In this document: positions 18,419 to 26,943 of the stretch, piece by piece
How the letters are laid out: each line of letters begins with the position of its first letter
How positions within the stretch are numbered: position 1 is the first letter of the stretch
UHGV virus genome: UHGV-0209617
DNA from: a virus
Length of the DNA: 64,000 nt
Strand: one strand, 5' to 3'
Translations under genes and position numbers: made by a program
Notes under the pieces: generated by a model
Told to the model about the DNA's origin: nothing
Databases searched by the model: none
The model's input: the letters and a program-made list of their open reading frames with translations, nothing else

Positions 18419-19601
18419 ATTTGCCCTTTTGAACTTTGATGCGATGGGAACGTTGATTATTTGCGTTTCTACAGTTACTGCAACAATATTTATTTCTACT
18501 ATTGGATGTCTTTACTAAGAAATATTTATGGCAAGAAGGATTGGCACACTTTCTATATATTTCAGATCCGGGTTTCATGTAGAAAATAGAAAAATATAAT
18601 GCAGAAAGCAATGATGGTGCCTTCCACGACGGTTCCAGTGAATTGGGACTGTAGAAAGGTTTTATACTTCTGGTATTATGATTTATTTCCCCACTTAAAA
18701 CGAGTCGTGCGATAAGAGTAGCAGCCTCTTTTAATGGACTGTTAAATTTGCTGAAATCTGGACTACTATAGTATTCAATGCCGCCCTCGAAAGTTACAGC
18801 TTTTATTACACCAACAGAATGCATATAGTGAAACAGGAATTCAACCATTAGTCGGAGCTTCTTGGATTGAATATTGTTATTCTTGTAAGCAATAGTAACC
18901 TGGCGATACAGCGTATCATTAATTCCAGGATAATCGTATGTAAATGTTTCTCCGTTTGAAATATCATCATATTCATCAGCATTTAATTCATATGAAGGAG
19001 CATAAATCATGTCTTTTACGGTAATAGATTCTGTTTCAGAGGATTGCTGTAGTGAATCGATAGAGGCTTGATTTCTGATGCTATCATGAAATGGATGCCG
19101 ATAGGTTGAATAAGTAATTCGTGCAGTGCCATTAAGCGTAACTTGTGTCCCAAGAAGCAAATACAAAGTTAAATGTAGAATCTGTTCATAATCAAGTGAT
19201 GGTTTTTCCACTGCGGCCATAAGGAGAACTGTAGCCTTTATTCGATTCAAGACTTCTACAAGCGCTACTATATCAATTTCCGTTCCTTCGGGCGAAATAG
19301 GAAGTAGATAACCATGTTCCTCGAAAAAACCAAGGACCTTTTTTACATTGGTTGCCGGAAGCGATATCAGAGAACCGAGAACATTTTTATTTTGAAGTGA
19401 ACCGTGTGGAGTCGTTAAACATAAACCTCGGCTTCCGCTAAAGGCATAATTTATAATTTCATCATTCACGGGATAGACTGTTAATATTTTATGCGCCTGC
19501 CCGTCCGTCTTTAAGACTTCTTCTATTCTAAATGTACATTTTTTGCAACTCAAAGAAAAATAATCGTTGCTAAGATTGAAAAAATTGTCTAACTCAGTCA
19601 T
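18417..19601 (-). CDS. Hypothetical protein with C-terminal CGNR-type zinc finger
   Basis: 394 aa; C-terminus CANPSCHKYFLVKTSNSRNKYCCSNCRNANNQRSHR fits the CGNR zinc-finger pattern; N-terminal 330 aa unrecognised. Confidence 0.5.
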   Translation of the reverse strand: MTELDNFFNLSNDYFSLSCKKCTFRIEEVLKTDGQAHKILTVYPVNDEIINYAFSGSRGLCLTTPHGSLQNKNVLGSLISLPATNVKKVLGFFEEHGYLLPISPEGTEIDIVALVEVLNRIKATVLLMAAVEKPSLDYEQILHLTLYLLLGTQVTLNGTARITYSTYRHPFHDSIRNQASIDSLQQSSETESITVKDMIYAPSYELNADEYDDISNGETFTYDYPGINDTLYRQVTIAYKNNNIQSKKLRLMVEFLFHYMHSVGVIKAVTFEGGIEYYSSPDFSKFNSPLKEAATLIARLVLSGEINHNTRSIKPFYSPNSLEPSWKAPSLLSALYFSIFYMKPGSEIYRKCANPSCHKYFLVKTSNSRNKYCCSNCRNANNQRSHRIKVQKGK

Positions 19602-19639
19602 AAAAAACTACTCCATATTTCCTTGCCCCTCGTAGAAGG

Positions 19640-19800
19640 GTCTTTTTTTATGTCGAAAAGTAAGTGATTACATAAGTAATAATGTAATTATAACGCTTAC
19701 TATTGCTTGTTTCAAGCTAGTATAGTAATGAAATACACAGAAAGTAAGTGATTATATCAGAAATTTACTTACTATACTGAAATTCTTATACTTAAAGACA
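19640..19800. repeat. AT-rich repeat cluster at cargo/prophage boundary
   Basis: AGTAAGTGATTA at 19663 and 19745; CTTACTAT at 19707 and 19770; short inverted matches between them. Confidence 0.4.
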
Positions 19801-20035
19801 GTGAAGGACAACCAAACTTTATATACAGCGGAGGTGTTTTTCACATCCCTGTTTCAATGTTCATCGCCTGATCAGCGATGCCCAGAGCGGAGAAACGGAC
19901 ACAAGTAAATATCAGTCAACCCACTGGGACGGTTGGCCAGCTAAGAAATGAGGATTTCATTCTTATGGCCAATTATTATGGGAAGTTCAGTGTGGGTCCT
20001 CATTTCGGTTTTCAGACCGAAGGAGGGTCTACACG

Positions 20036-20545
20036 ATGGACAAATTTGAAAATCTACAGACAAGCAACGAGAAGCAGTATTACATTCCTTTGGAAGTAAC
20101 CGCAGAAACTATCAGAGATTTTGGCATCAACCCTAAAGATGTGGTATGGACGAGAATCGGGAACAAGCCTAAAAAGGTTGTTATGATTCCCGTAACCGAG
20201 GAGCAGTACAAAACATTTATGCGTCCTCTGTGGCGTGAGGACAAGCGTCAGCAAAGACAGGAGCCGATGGCATCGCTGGATAAGATGTACGAAAAAACCG
20301 AGTACGAAGCGGCTGATACCGACTCTGACCTTGAAGCGAATATTATGAAGAAAATGCTGATTGATGAGCTTCACAAGGCACTGGATGAACTGGAAGAAAT
20401 CGACCGCACCATTATGAAGATGTACAGCAATAACCATAGCGAAGCCGAAATCGGACAGACTATCGGTATGAGCCAGAAGGGTGTTAATAAACGTAAGCAC
20501 AAGGTGCTGCTGAAACTTAACACCAGATTGAAAGACTTCAGATAA
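20036..20545 (+). CDS. Sigma-70 family (region 4 HTH) regulator
   Basis: AAGGAGGG 9 nt upstream; C-terminal SEAEIGQTIGMSQKGVNKRKHKVLLKL is a sigma-70 region 4-type HTH. Confidence 0.6.
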   Translation: MDKFENLQTSNEKQYYIPLEVTAETIRDFGINPKDVVWTRIGNKPKKVVMIPVTEEQYKTFMRPLWREDKRQQRQEPMASLDKMYEKTEYEAADTDSDLEANIMKKMLIDELHKALDELEEIDRTIMKMYSNNHSEAEIGQTIGMSQKGVNKRKHKVLLKLNTRLKDFR

Positions 20546-20619
20546 GGGATAATACCCTGCCTGCTCTGCCACAGCATTATCCGGTGGAGCAGGTTTTTAT
20601 ATTGTTTTCAAAAAATAGT

Positions 20620-20665
20620 GGTTCTTAAAACAACCGTATATGTCCTTTCACTCTCAGAGGGGCAA
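20620..20665 (+). promoter_or_regulatory. Conserved bipartite element, copy 1 (candidate phage promoter or operator)
   Basis: GGTTCTTAAAAC, 9 nt, TGTCCTTTCACTCTCAGAGGGGCAA; second copy at 25564-25608 with the same spacing. Confidence 0.4.
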
Positions 20666-20864
20666 ACAAGGCACCTCGGAAAGGACGGTGTCAAACGATG
20701 ACAACCAGATGTAGAACAGGCACGAGGGGCTGCGGCAGTCAGGAACTCGACCGAGAGTTATCTGATGCGCTTATCGCAATCAGTGTCGTGTCAAAAAGAA
20801 TCGCTGACCGTATTACAGCAGTCAGCGGCAGAGAAAAAAAAGAATATGGAAGGAGGAAGCCTAA

Positions 20865-21227
20865 ATGGGAAAGATGAACGAGTTGTCTATGCTCACAGAG
20901 GAACTTCGCAAATGTGGTGAAACGCTTATCAGCATTTCAGAGGAATTGGCGGGTATGTTCAGCGGCTCTGCGGAAGAAAAGCAGCCTGTCAAAAAGAGTG
21001 CTGCTAAGAATAAAGCCGCCGAGGCGACGAAGCCAGAAGCGCCGAAGAAAAAGGCTCTCACGCTGGAAGATGTCCGTGCCGTGTGTGCAGACAAATCCCG
21101 CAGTGGTTTTACGGCAGAAGTCAAAGCAATCCTGAATAAGCACGGTGTGGAAAAGCTGTCGGAGGTTAATCCAGCAGAATATAAGGCACTGCTTGCTGAA
21201 GTGGAGGTGCTGGGAAATGCCGGATAA
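20865..21227 (+). CDS. Hypothetical phage protein (Lys/Ala-rich)
   Basis: 120 aa; strong GGAGG upstream; first gene of the replication module. Confidence 0.45.
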   Translation: MGKMNELSMLTEELRKCGETLISISEELAGMFSGSAEEKQPVKKSAAKNKAAEATKPEAPKKKALTLEDVRAVCADKSRSGFTAEVKAILNKHGVEKLSEVNPAEYKALLAEVEVLGNAG

Positions 21228-22389
21228 ACAGAAGGTGAATTGCACCGCAGGTGCAAGAGAGGCTGGCCTGGGCCACGCAGTTTTATCAGCATCATCCAGT
21301 CACCGCTGGCTTGCCTGCCCTCCTTCGGCTTTGCTTTGTGCGAAAGTCGGAGATACCATAAGCGAGTTTGCTATGCAGGGTACCGATGCCCACAGCCTTT
21401 GCGAACATAAGGTGAAAACAGCATTGGGGCAGCAGTCGAAAGACCCTACAGAGAATTTAACGTTCTTTGACGAGGAGATGGCAGACTGTTCCGATATGTA
21501 TGCTCAGTATGTGATGGAGCAGCTTGGGGCGGCAAAGGAAAAGTGCAAAGACCCAATCGTTCTGATTGAACAGCGTCTTGATTTTTCCAAGTGGGTACCG
21601 CAGGGGTTCGGCACCGGGGACTGTGTCATTGTAGCTGATGAAACGCTGACAATCATTGACATGAAATACGGAGTCGGGATTCTTGTTTACGCAGAGAAAA
21701 ATCCGCAAATGATGTGTTACGCATTGGGAGCTTTGGCGCTGTTTGATGGGATTTACGATATAACACAGGTATCAATGACAATCTTCCAGCCGCGAAGAGA
21801 CAATGTCAGCACATACACCATTTCTAAAGTAGAACTTCTGAAATGGGCGGATGAGGTGCTTGCTCCGACCGCACAGCTTGCAGCCAAGGGAGAAGGAGAA
21901 TACAAGGCCGGAGACCACTGCCAGTTCTGCAAGGTCAAAGCCAAGTGTCGCAAAAGAGCCGAATACAACCTGGAACTTGCCCGTTATGATTTTGAAATGC
22001 CTTCCACCCTTGAAGACGATGAGATTGAGGCCATTTTAGAAAAAGCAGACGCGCTGGTATCCTGGGCGGGCGATGTCAAGGAATATGCATTGCAGCAGGC
22101 AGTCAGCGGCAAGCAGTGGAAAGACTGGAAGATTGTCGAAGGACGCTCCAACAGGAAGTATGTAAATGAAACAGCCGTGGCAGATACGGTCAAGGATGCA
22201 GGTTATGACCCGTTTGAACATAAGGTTCTGGGGATTACCGCAATGACCAAACTACTCGGCAAGGCAAAATTTGAAGAATTGCTCTCCGGGTTTATTGAAA
22301 AAACACAGGGCAAGCCAACATTGGTACCTATGTCGGACAAACGTCCGGCAATGAATACAGCAGCTAACGATTTTAAGGAGGACAACTAA
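21217..22389 (+). CDS. PD-(D/E)xK nuclease family protein, DUF2800-like
   Basis: ATG 21217 (MPDKQKVN); N-terminal SASSSHRWLACPPSAL; sits upstream of DUF2815-like and polymerase A genes as in related phage replication modules. Confidence 0.65.
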   Translation: MPDKQKVNCTAGAREAGLGHAVLSASSSHRWLACPPSALLCAKVGDTISEFAMQGTDAHSLCEHKVKTALGQQSKDPTENLTFFDEEMADCSDMYAQYVMEQLGAAKEKCKDPIVLIEQRLDFSKWVPQGFGTGDCVIVADETLTIIDMKYGVGILVYAEKNPQMMCYALGALALFDGIYDITQVSMTIFQPRRDNVSTYTISKVELLKWADEVLAPTAQLAAKGEGEYKAGDHCQFCKVKAKCRKRAEYNLELARYDFEMPSTLEDDEIEAILEKADALVSWAGDVKEYALQQAVSGKQWKDWKIVEGRSNRKYVNETAVADTVKDAGYDPFEHKVLGITAMTKLLGKAKFEELLSGFIEKTQGKPTLVPMSDKRPAMNTAANDFKEDN

Positions 22390-22390
22390 T

Positions 22391-22957
22391 ATGTCAAAGA
22401 ATTACACAAATCCTACCAAGGTAATCACAGGAGTCAATACTCGTTGGTCTTACGCAAATGTGTGGGATCCGAAATCCATCAACGGCGGTGCACCGAAGTA
22501 CAGCGTGAGCCTTATCATTCCGAAGTCTGATACCGCAACGGTAAACAAGATAAAGGCAGCTATCCAGTCTGCTTATGAAGAGGGCGAATCCAAGCTGAAG
22601 GGCAATGGCAAGAGTGTACCTGCTCTTTCCATTATTAAGACCCCTCTTCGTGATGGTGATTTGGAGCGTCCGGATGATGTAGCGTATGCAGGCTGTTACT
22701 TCGTCAATGCCAACTCTGCAACTGCTCCCGGTATTGTTGACGCAGAACGTCAGCCGATTCTTGACCGCAGTGAGGTATACAGCGGTGTGTATGGCCGTGC
22801 ATCCATCAACTTCTATGCCTTCAATTCCAATGGGAATAAGGGTATCGCCTGCGGTCTTAATAACCTGCAGAAGATCCGTGATGGTGAGCCTCTTGGTGGA
22901 AAGAGCCGTGCCGAGGACGATTTTGCTACCGATGCAGATGAAGATTTTCTCGCATAA
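22391..22957 (+). CDS. DUF2815-like phage protein (putative ssDNA-binding)
   Basis: 188 aa between the DUF2800-like gene and the polymerase. Confidence 0.55.
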   Translation: MSKNYTNPTKVITGVNTRWSYANVWDPKSINGGAPKYSVSLIIPKSDTATVNKIKAAIQSAYEEGESKLKGNGKSVPALSIIKTPLRDGDLERPDDVAYAGCYFVNANSATAPGIVDAERQPILDRSEVYSGVYGRASINFYAFNSNGNKGIACGLNNLQKIRDGEPLGGKSRAEDDFATDADEDFLA

Positions 22958-23184
22958 GGAGGACGGCTTATTATGACAACCATTCAGAGTATGATGCTGT
23001 GTGTTTCGGTGCCGTGATGGGAACTTTCATTGCAGATGTGGGGTTTCTCATCAAGTGTGTCATTGACAAGCACAAGGAGAAAAAGAGTAAGAAAAAAGAA
23101 GAGTCTGCTGATAAGGCAGAGTAAATGACAGCGGGCGGCGTAGGTGTATTCTTCGCCGCCTTGCTTATATGAAGGAGTGACAAT

Positions 23185-25176
23185 ATGGGAAAAATACAAA
23201 CATTGTCCTTGGACTTGGAGACTTATTCTGATGTGGATTTGCAGAAGTGCGGGGTCTATAAATATGCCCAGTCTCCTAATTTTGAAATTCTGCTATTTGG
23301 TGTATCCGTAAATGGCGGTGCGGTTGTGGTCTATGACCTGGCACAGGGCGATACCGTGCCGATTGAAATTATCAAAGCACTGACCGATGAAACCGTAACC
23401 AAATGGGCATATAATGCGGCTTTCGAGAGAATCTGTTTGTCAGTGTGGCTGCAGAGAAACTACCCGGAATATTTTTGCAGTTACAGCATCAATGAGGATA
23501 CTGTCGGGGATTATCTGGATCCTTCTGCCTGGAAATGCTCCATGATATGGGCGGCATACATGGGACTGCCGTTATCCCTTGCGGGAGCCGGCACGGTGTT
23601 GGGATTGGAGGAACAGAAACTCAAGGAGGGCAAAGACCTTATAAGGTATTTCTGTGTTCCCTGCAAGCCGACCAAAGTGAACGGCGGCAGGACACGCAAT
23701 CTGCCGGAGCATGATATGGAGAAATGGAATACCTTCGTTTTATATAACAAGCGAGATGTGGAAGTGGAGACGTCCATACAGGACAAACTAAAAAAATTCC
23801 CTGTGCCGGATTTTGTGTGGGATGAGTACCACCTCGACCAGGAAATCAACGACCGTGGGATTGCTCTTGATATGGCGGTAGTGGAGAATGCCATTGCTTT
23901 TGATGCAAAATCCAAGGCGGAACTGGCAGAGAAAATGCAGGAACTGACTGACCTTGATAACCCAAACTCCGTGGTACAGATGAAGCAGTGGCTATTGGAT
24001 AACGGTTTGGAGATGGACAGCCTTGGAAAAAAGAAAGTAGCACAGGCGATAAAAACTGCTCCGAAGGAACTGGCGGAGGTTCTGCAGCTGCGACAACAAT
24101 TATCCAAGTCCTCCGTAAAAAAGTATCAGGCAATGCAGAATGCTGTCTGTGAGGATGGCAGAGCCAGAGGGATGTTTCAGTTTTACGGGGCAAACAGAAG
24201 CGGCAGATGGGCAGGCAGAATGATACAGCTGCAAAATCTGCCTCAGAACCATATGCCGGATTTGGAACAGGCACGAGGACTGGTGAAGTCTGGTAATTAC
24301 GCAGCGATGGAACTCTTATATGATGATATCCCCGATACTCTATCGCAGCTTATCCGCACTGCCTTTGTGCCGAGACCGGGTATGAAATTTGTCGTGGCGG
24401 ACTTCTCGGCAATTGAAGCAAGGGTGCTGTCGCATCTTGCAAAAGAAAACTGGCGAACAGAAGTCTTTGCAAATAACAGGGATATTTATTGTGCATCGGC
24501 ATCAGCCATGTTCGGTGTTCCTGTGGAAAAACATGGTGTCAACGGAAACCTCCGTCAAAAGGGCAAAATTGCTGAATTGGCTCTGGGCTACGGCGGTTCA
24601 GTCGGTGCTTTGAAAGCAATGGGTGCCATTGATATGGGACTTTCCGAAGAGGAATTACAGCCACTGGTGGATTCTTGGAGAGCCGCCAACCCTAACATTG
24701 TGAAGTTCTGGTGGGAGGTTGACCGATGTGTCAAGGAAACTGTGAAAAAGAGAGTGCCGACCGAAACGCATGGCATCCGTTTTATCTATCAGAGCGGGAT
24801 GCTTTTTATCAAGCTCCCTTCCGGCAGACAGCTTTCCTATGTGAAGCCTCGCATGGGAGAAAACCGTTTTGGCGGTGAGTCCGTAACCTATGAAGGTGTC
24901 GGAGGTACAAAGAAATGGGAACGCATCGAAAGTTATGGTCCAAAGTTTGTGGAAAATATCGTGCAGGCAATCAGCAGGGACATTTTGGCGCATTCCATGA
25001 GAACCTTGTCGCACTGCTTTATCTGCGGTCATGTGCATGATGAATTGATTATTGAGTGTAGTATGGGAGTTTCCCTTGATGCCGTGTGTGAACAGATGGG
25101 CAGGACTCCGGCCTGGATACCGGGTCTGCTTCTCCGTGCAGATGGGTACGAATGCAGCTTCTATAAAAAAGATTAA
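23185..25176 (+). CDS. Family A DNA polymerase (3'-5' exonuclease plus polymerase domains)
   Basis: Exonuclease motif LSLDLETYS; polymerase motif A VVADFSAIEARVLSHLA; motif B KIAELALGYGGSVGALKAM; motif C HVHDELIIE. Confidence 0.85.
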   Translation: MGKIQTLSLDLETYSDVDLQKCGVYKYAQSPNFEILLFGVSVNGGAVVVYDLAQGDTVPIEIIKALTDETVTKWAYNAAFERICLSVWLQRNYPEYFCSYSINEDTVGDYLDPSAWKCSMIWAAYMGLPLSLAGAGTVLGLEEQKLKEGKDLIRYFCVPCKPTKVNGGRTRNLPEHDMEKWNTFVLYNKRDVEVETSIQDKLKKFPVPDFVWDEYHLDQEINDRGIALDMAVVENAIAFDAKSKAELAEKMQELTDLDNPNSVVQMKQWLLDNGLEMDSLGKKKVAQAIKTAPKELAEVLQLRQQLSKSSVKKYQAMQNAVCEDGRARGMFQFYGANRSGRWAGRMIQLQNLPQNHMPDLEQARGLVKSGNYAAMELLYDDIPDTLSQLIRTAFVPRPGMKFVVADFSAIEARVLSHLAKENWRTEVFANNRDIYCASASAMFGVPVEKHGVNGNLRQKGKIAELALGYGGSVGALKAMGAIDMGLSEEELQPLVDSWRAANPNIVKFWWEVDRCVKETVKKRVPTETHGIRFIYQSGMLFIKLPSGRQLSYVKPRMGENRFGGESVTYEGVGGTKKWERIESYGPKFVENIVQAISRDILAHSMRTLSHCFICGHVHDELIIECSMGVSLDAVCEQMGRTPAWIPGLLLRADGYECSFYKKD

Positions 25177-25188
25177 AGCATAAAAAAT

Positions 25189-25214
25189 GGAGAGACGAAA
25201 TAAATCGTCTCTCC
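25189..25214. terminator. Hairpin after polymerase gene (possible terminator)
   Basis: GGAGAGACG, 8 nt loop, CGTCTCTCC (9 bp stem); A-run upstream but no clear T-run downstream. Confidence 0.35.
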
Positions 25215-25563
25215 TGAAAGTCCAATCGGTTTGAGCATCTGTGAGAGGCTTGATTGGTTCTGTCAAATCCCAAAATGCAAGGAGAGCCGGATTTCTCTGA
25301 CTCTCTCAAGTATGTATCCTTGAATACATACCCCAATTAGTGTCCATATTATACAGCTTCCGTTCGAAATATGCAAGACCTAAATGAAATTTTTCAAGGC
25401 AGACATTCGTGCTGATAAATCCGGATGAATGACGATTGCTGCTACTGCGGGATTGACGGATATTTTATAGTCATCTGTGATTTTCTCAAATTCTCGAATG
25501 AAGGCCTTTATTTCGGTTTTGGCATATGTAGCAATTTTAAGAGCAAAAAAAGATTAAAAATAC

Positions 25564-25608
25564 GGTTCTTAAAACGCAGGGTTTTGTCCTTTCACTATCA
25601 GAGGGCAA
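25564..25608 (+). promoter_or_regulatory. Conserved bipartite element, copy 2
   Basis: GGTTCTTAAAAC, 9 nt, TGTCCTTTCACTATCAGAGGGCAA, about 30 bp upstream of the Rha-like gene. Confidence 0.4.
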
Positions 25609-25638
25609 GACCCTACTTTTATGAAAGGCGGTATTTTT

Positions 25639-26304
25639 ATGAAAGAATTGATACCCAAAGACGAATACGGCATCTTTGCCGATGCACATGACACCGCAAG
25701 AGTAGACAGCTTGTTTGTAGCGGAGTTTTTTGAGAAGAACCATAAAGAGGTGCTGCGAGATATCCGCAAAATCACTGACCCCACATCCGGGTTAAGTGAA
25801 GAATTCCGACAGCGCAATTTTGCGCCGTCCTCATACACCAACAACCAGAATAAAAAGCAGCCGTGCTACTGCATGACTCGTGATGGATTCACAATGTTGG
25901 CAATGGGATATACCGGGCAAAAGGCAATGAAGTTCAAAGAACTGTACATTCACAGATTTAATGAGATGGATGCTTTTATTAAGAACCTGGTATCTGCAAG
26001 ACAGGAGTTTCCTCTTCTGACTGAAAATATCAAACTGCTCCATGACAAGCCGAAGCCTTACCACTTCAGCAATGAGTGCGATATGTTAAACCGCATCGTG
26101 CTTGGTATGACGGCAAAGCAGTTCAGACTTGCCAATAACATCGAAAAAGGCAAAAGTATCAGACCGTATCTGACCAAAGAACAAATTGAGATGCTGGAAA
26201 TCCTGCAGAAAGTTGATGTGGGTCTGCTCGTAGCATTCCCTGCTTACGAAGACAGAAAACGCCATCTTGAATGGTACAAAACCAAATTAGAGGAGGACAA
26301 ATAA
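25639..26304 (+). CDS. Rha family phage regulatory protein
   Basis: VDSLFVAEFFEKNHKEVLRDIRKI and CYCMTRDGFTMLAMGYTGQKAMKFKELYIHRFNEM resemble the Rha N-terminal domain. Confidence 0.65.
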   Translation: MKELIPKDEYGIFADAHDTARVDSLFVAEFFEKNHKEVLRDIRKITDPTSGLSEEFRQRNFAPSSYTNNQNKKQPCYCMTRDGFTMLAMGYTGQKAMKFKELYIHRFNEMDAFIKNLVSARQEFPLLTENIKLLHDKPKPYHFSNECDMLNRIVLGMTAKQFRLANNIEKGKSIRPYLTKEQIEMLEILQKVDVGLLVAFPAYEDRKRHLEWYKTKLEEDK

Positions 26305-26306
26305 AG

Positions 26307-26531
26307 ATGTTTTATGTGAAAGAACAGCTGAATGATGCGATGGAGGTTTCCATTGAAATTAACGATGAGAATGTATTCTGCCGCTGCCCGTCCTGCGGGT
26401 CTGAGGTACAGGTTGACCTGGCAAAGGTATTTTCCGATGGTGACGGTGATCTGTTTGGCACATCGGTACTTTGCGACAGCTGCAGCAGAAAAATGATGGG
26501 AGGAAAGCCTTGTGGGAGTGAACAGGTATAA
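26307..26531 (+). CDS. Small zinc-ribbon protein
   Basis: ATG 26307 with GAGGAGGA upstream; two CxxC pairs (CRCPSCG, CDSCS). Confidence 0.45.
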   Translation: MFYVKEQLNDAMEVSIEINDENVFCRCPSCGSEVQVDLAKVFSDGDGDLFGTSVLCDSCSRKMMGGKPCGSEQV

Positions 26532-26943
26532 CAGCGAGGGTTATCCTGCTCCGACCACCTATGTGGCACTCACTTCCATCGAAAAAGAAACGAAAGCGGC
26601 AAGAGCGTACAGACCGATTGTGTATGTATGCTCTCCGTTTTCCGGAGATATTGCCGGGAACATTGCAAATGCACGAAAGTACAGTCGATTTGCTGTAGAG
26701 CAGGGGTATATCCCCATTGCTCCGCATTTGCTGTTTCCGCAGTTTCTTAATGATAACGATTTAAGGTCACGTGAGCTGGGGCTTCATTTTGGAAATGTGC
26801 TGATGAGCCATTGCAGCGAGGTTTGGGTGTTCGGAGAAATTGTATCAGCCGGAATGGATGCTGAAATCAGGAGAGCCAAAAGAAAAAATTACAGGCTGCG
26901 CTACTTTGGCAGTGATTTGAAGGAGGTTACAGAAAATGCGTGA
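26512..26943 (+). CDS. DUF4406-like protein (nucleoside 2-deoxyribosyltransferase-like fold)
   Basis: GTG start after GGGAGGAAAG; pattern VYVCSPFSGD..IAPHLLFP..HCSEVWVFGE..AGMDAEIRRAK matches the family as remembered. Confidence 0.4.
   Translation: MGVNRYNSEGYPAPTTYVALTSIEKETKAARAYRPIVYVCSPFSGDIAGNIANARKYSRFAVEQGYIPIAPHLLFPQFLNDNDLRSRELGLHFGNVLMSHCSEVWVFGEIVSAGMDAEIRRAKRKNYRLRYFGSDLKEVTENA

Noticed and set aside
20054-20572. 172 aa minus-strand ORF
   Set aside because: Antisense within the sigma-70-like gene, which has a strong RBS and an HTH motif on the plus strand.
20698-20877. 59 aa Arg/Cys-rich ORF in the leader of the replication operon
   Set aside because: Weak RBS, Arg-rich composition typical of an off-frame read, and it overlaps the strong start of the 20865 gene; kept only as a remote possibility.
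23511-24274. Minus-strand ORFs of 198 and 142 aa
   Set aside because: Antisense to the family A DNA polymerase gene, whose motifs A, B and C are intact; Ser/Arg/Pro-rich composition typical of spurious frames.
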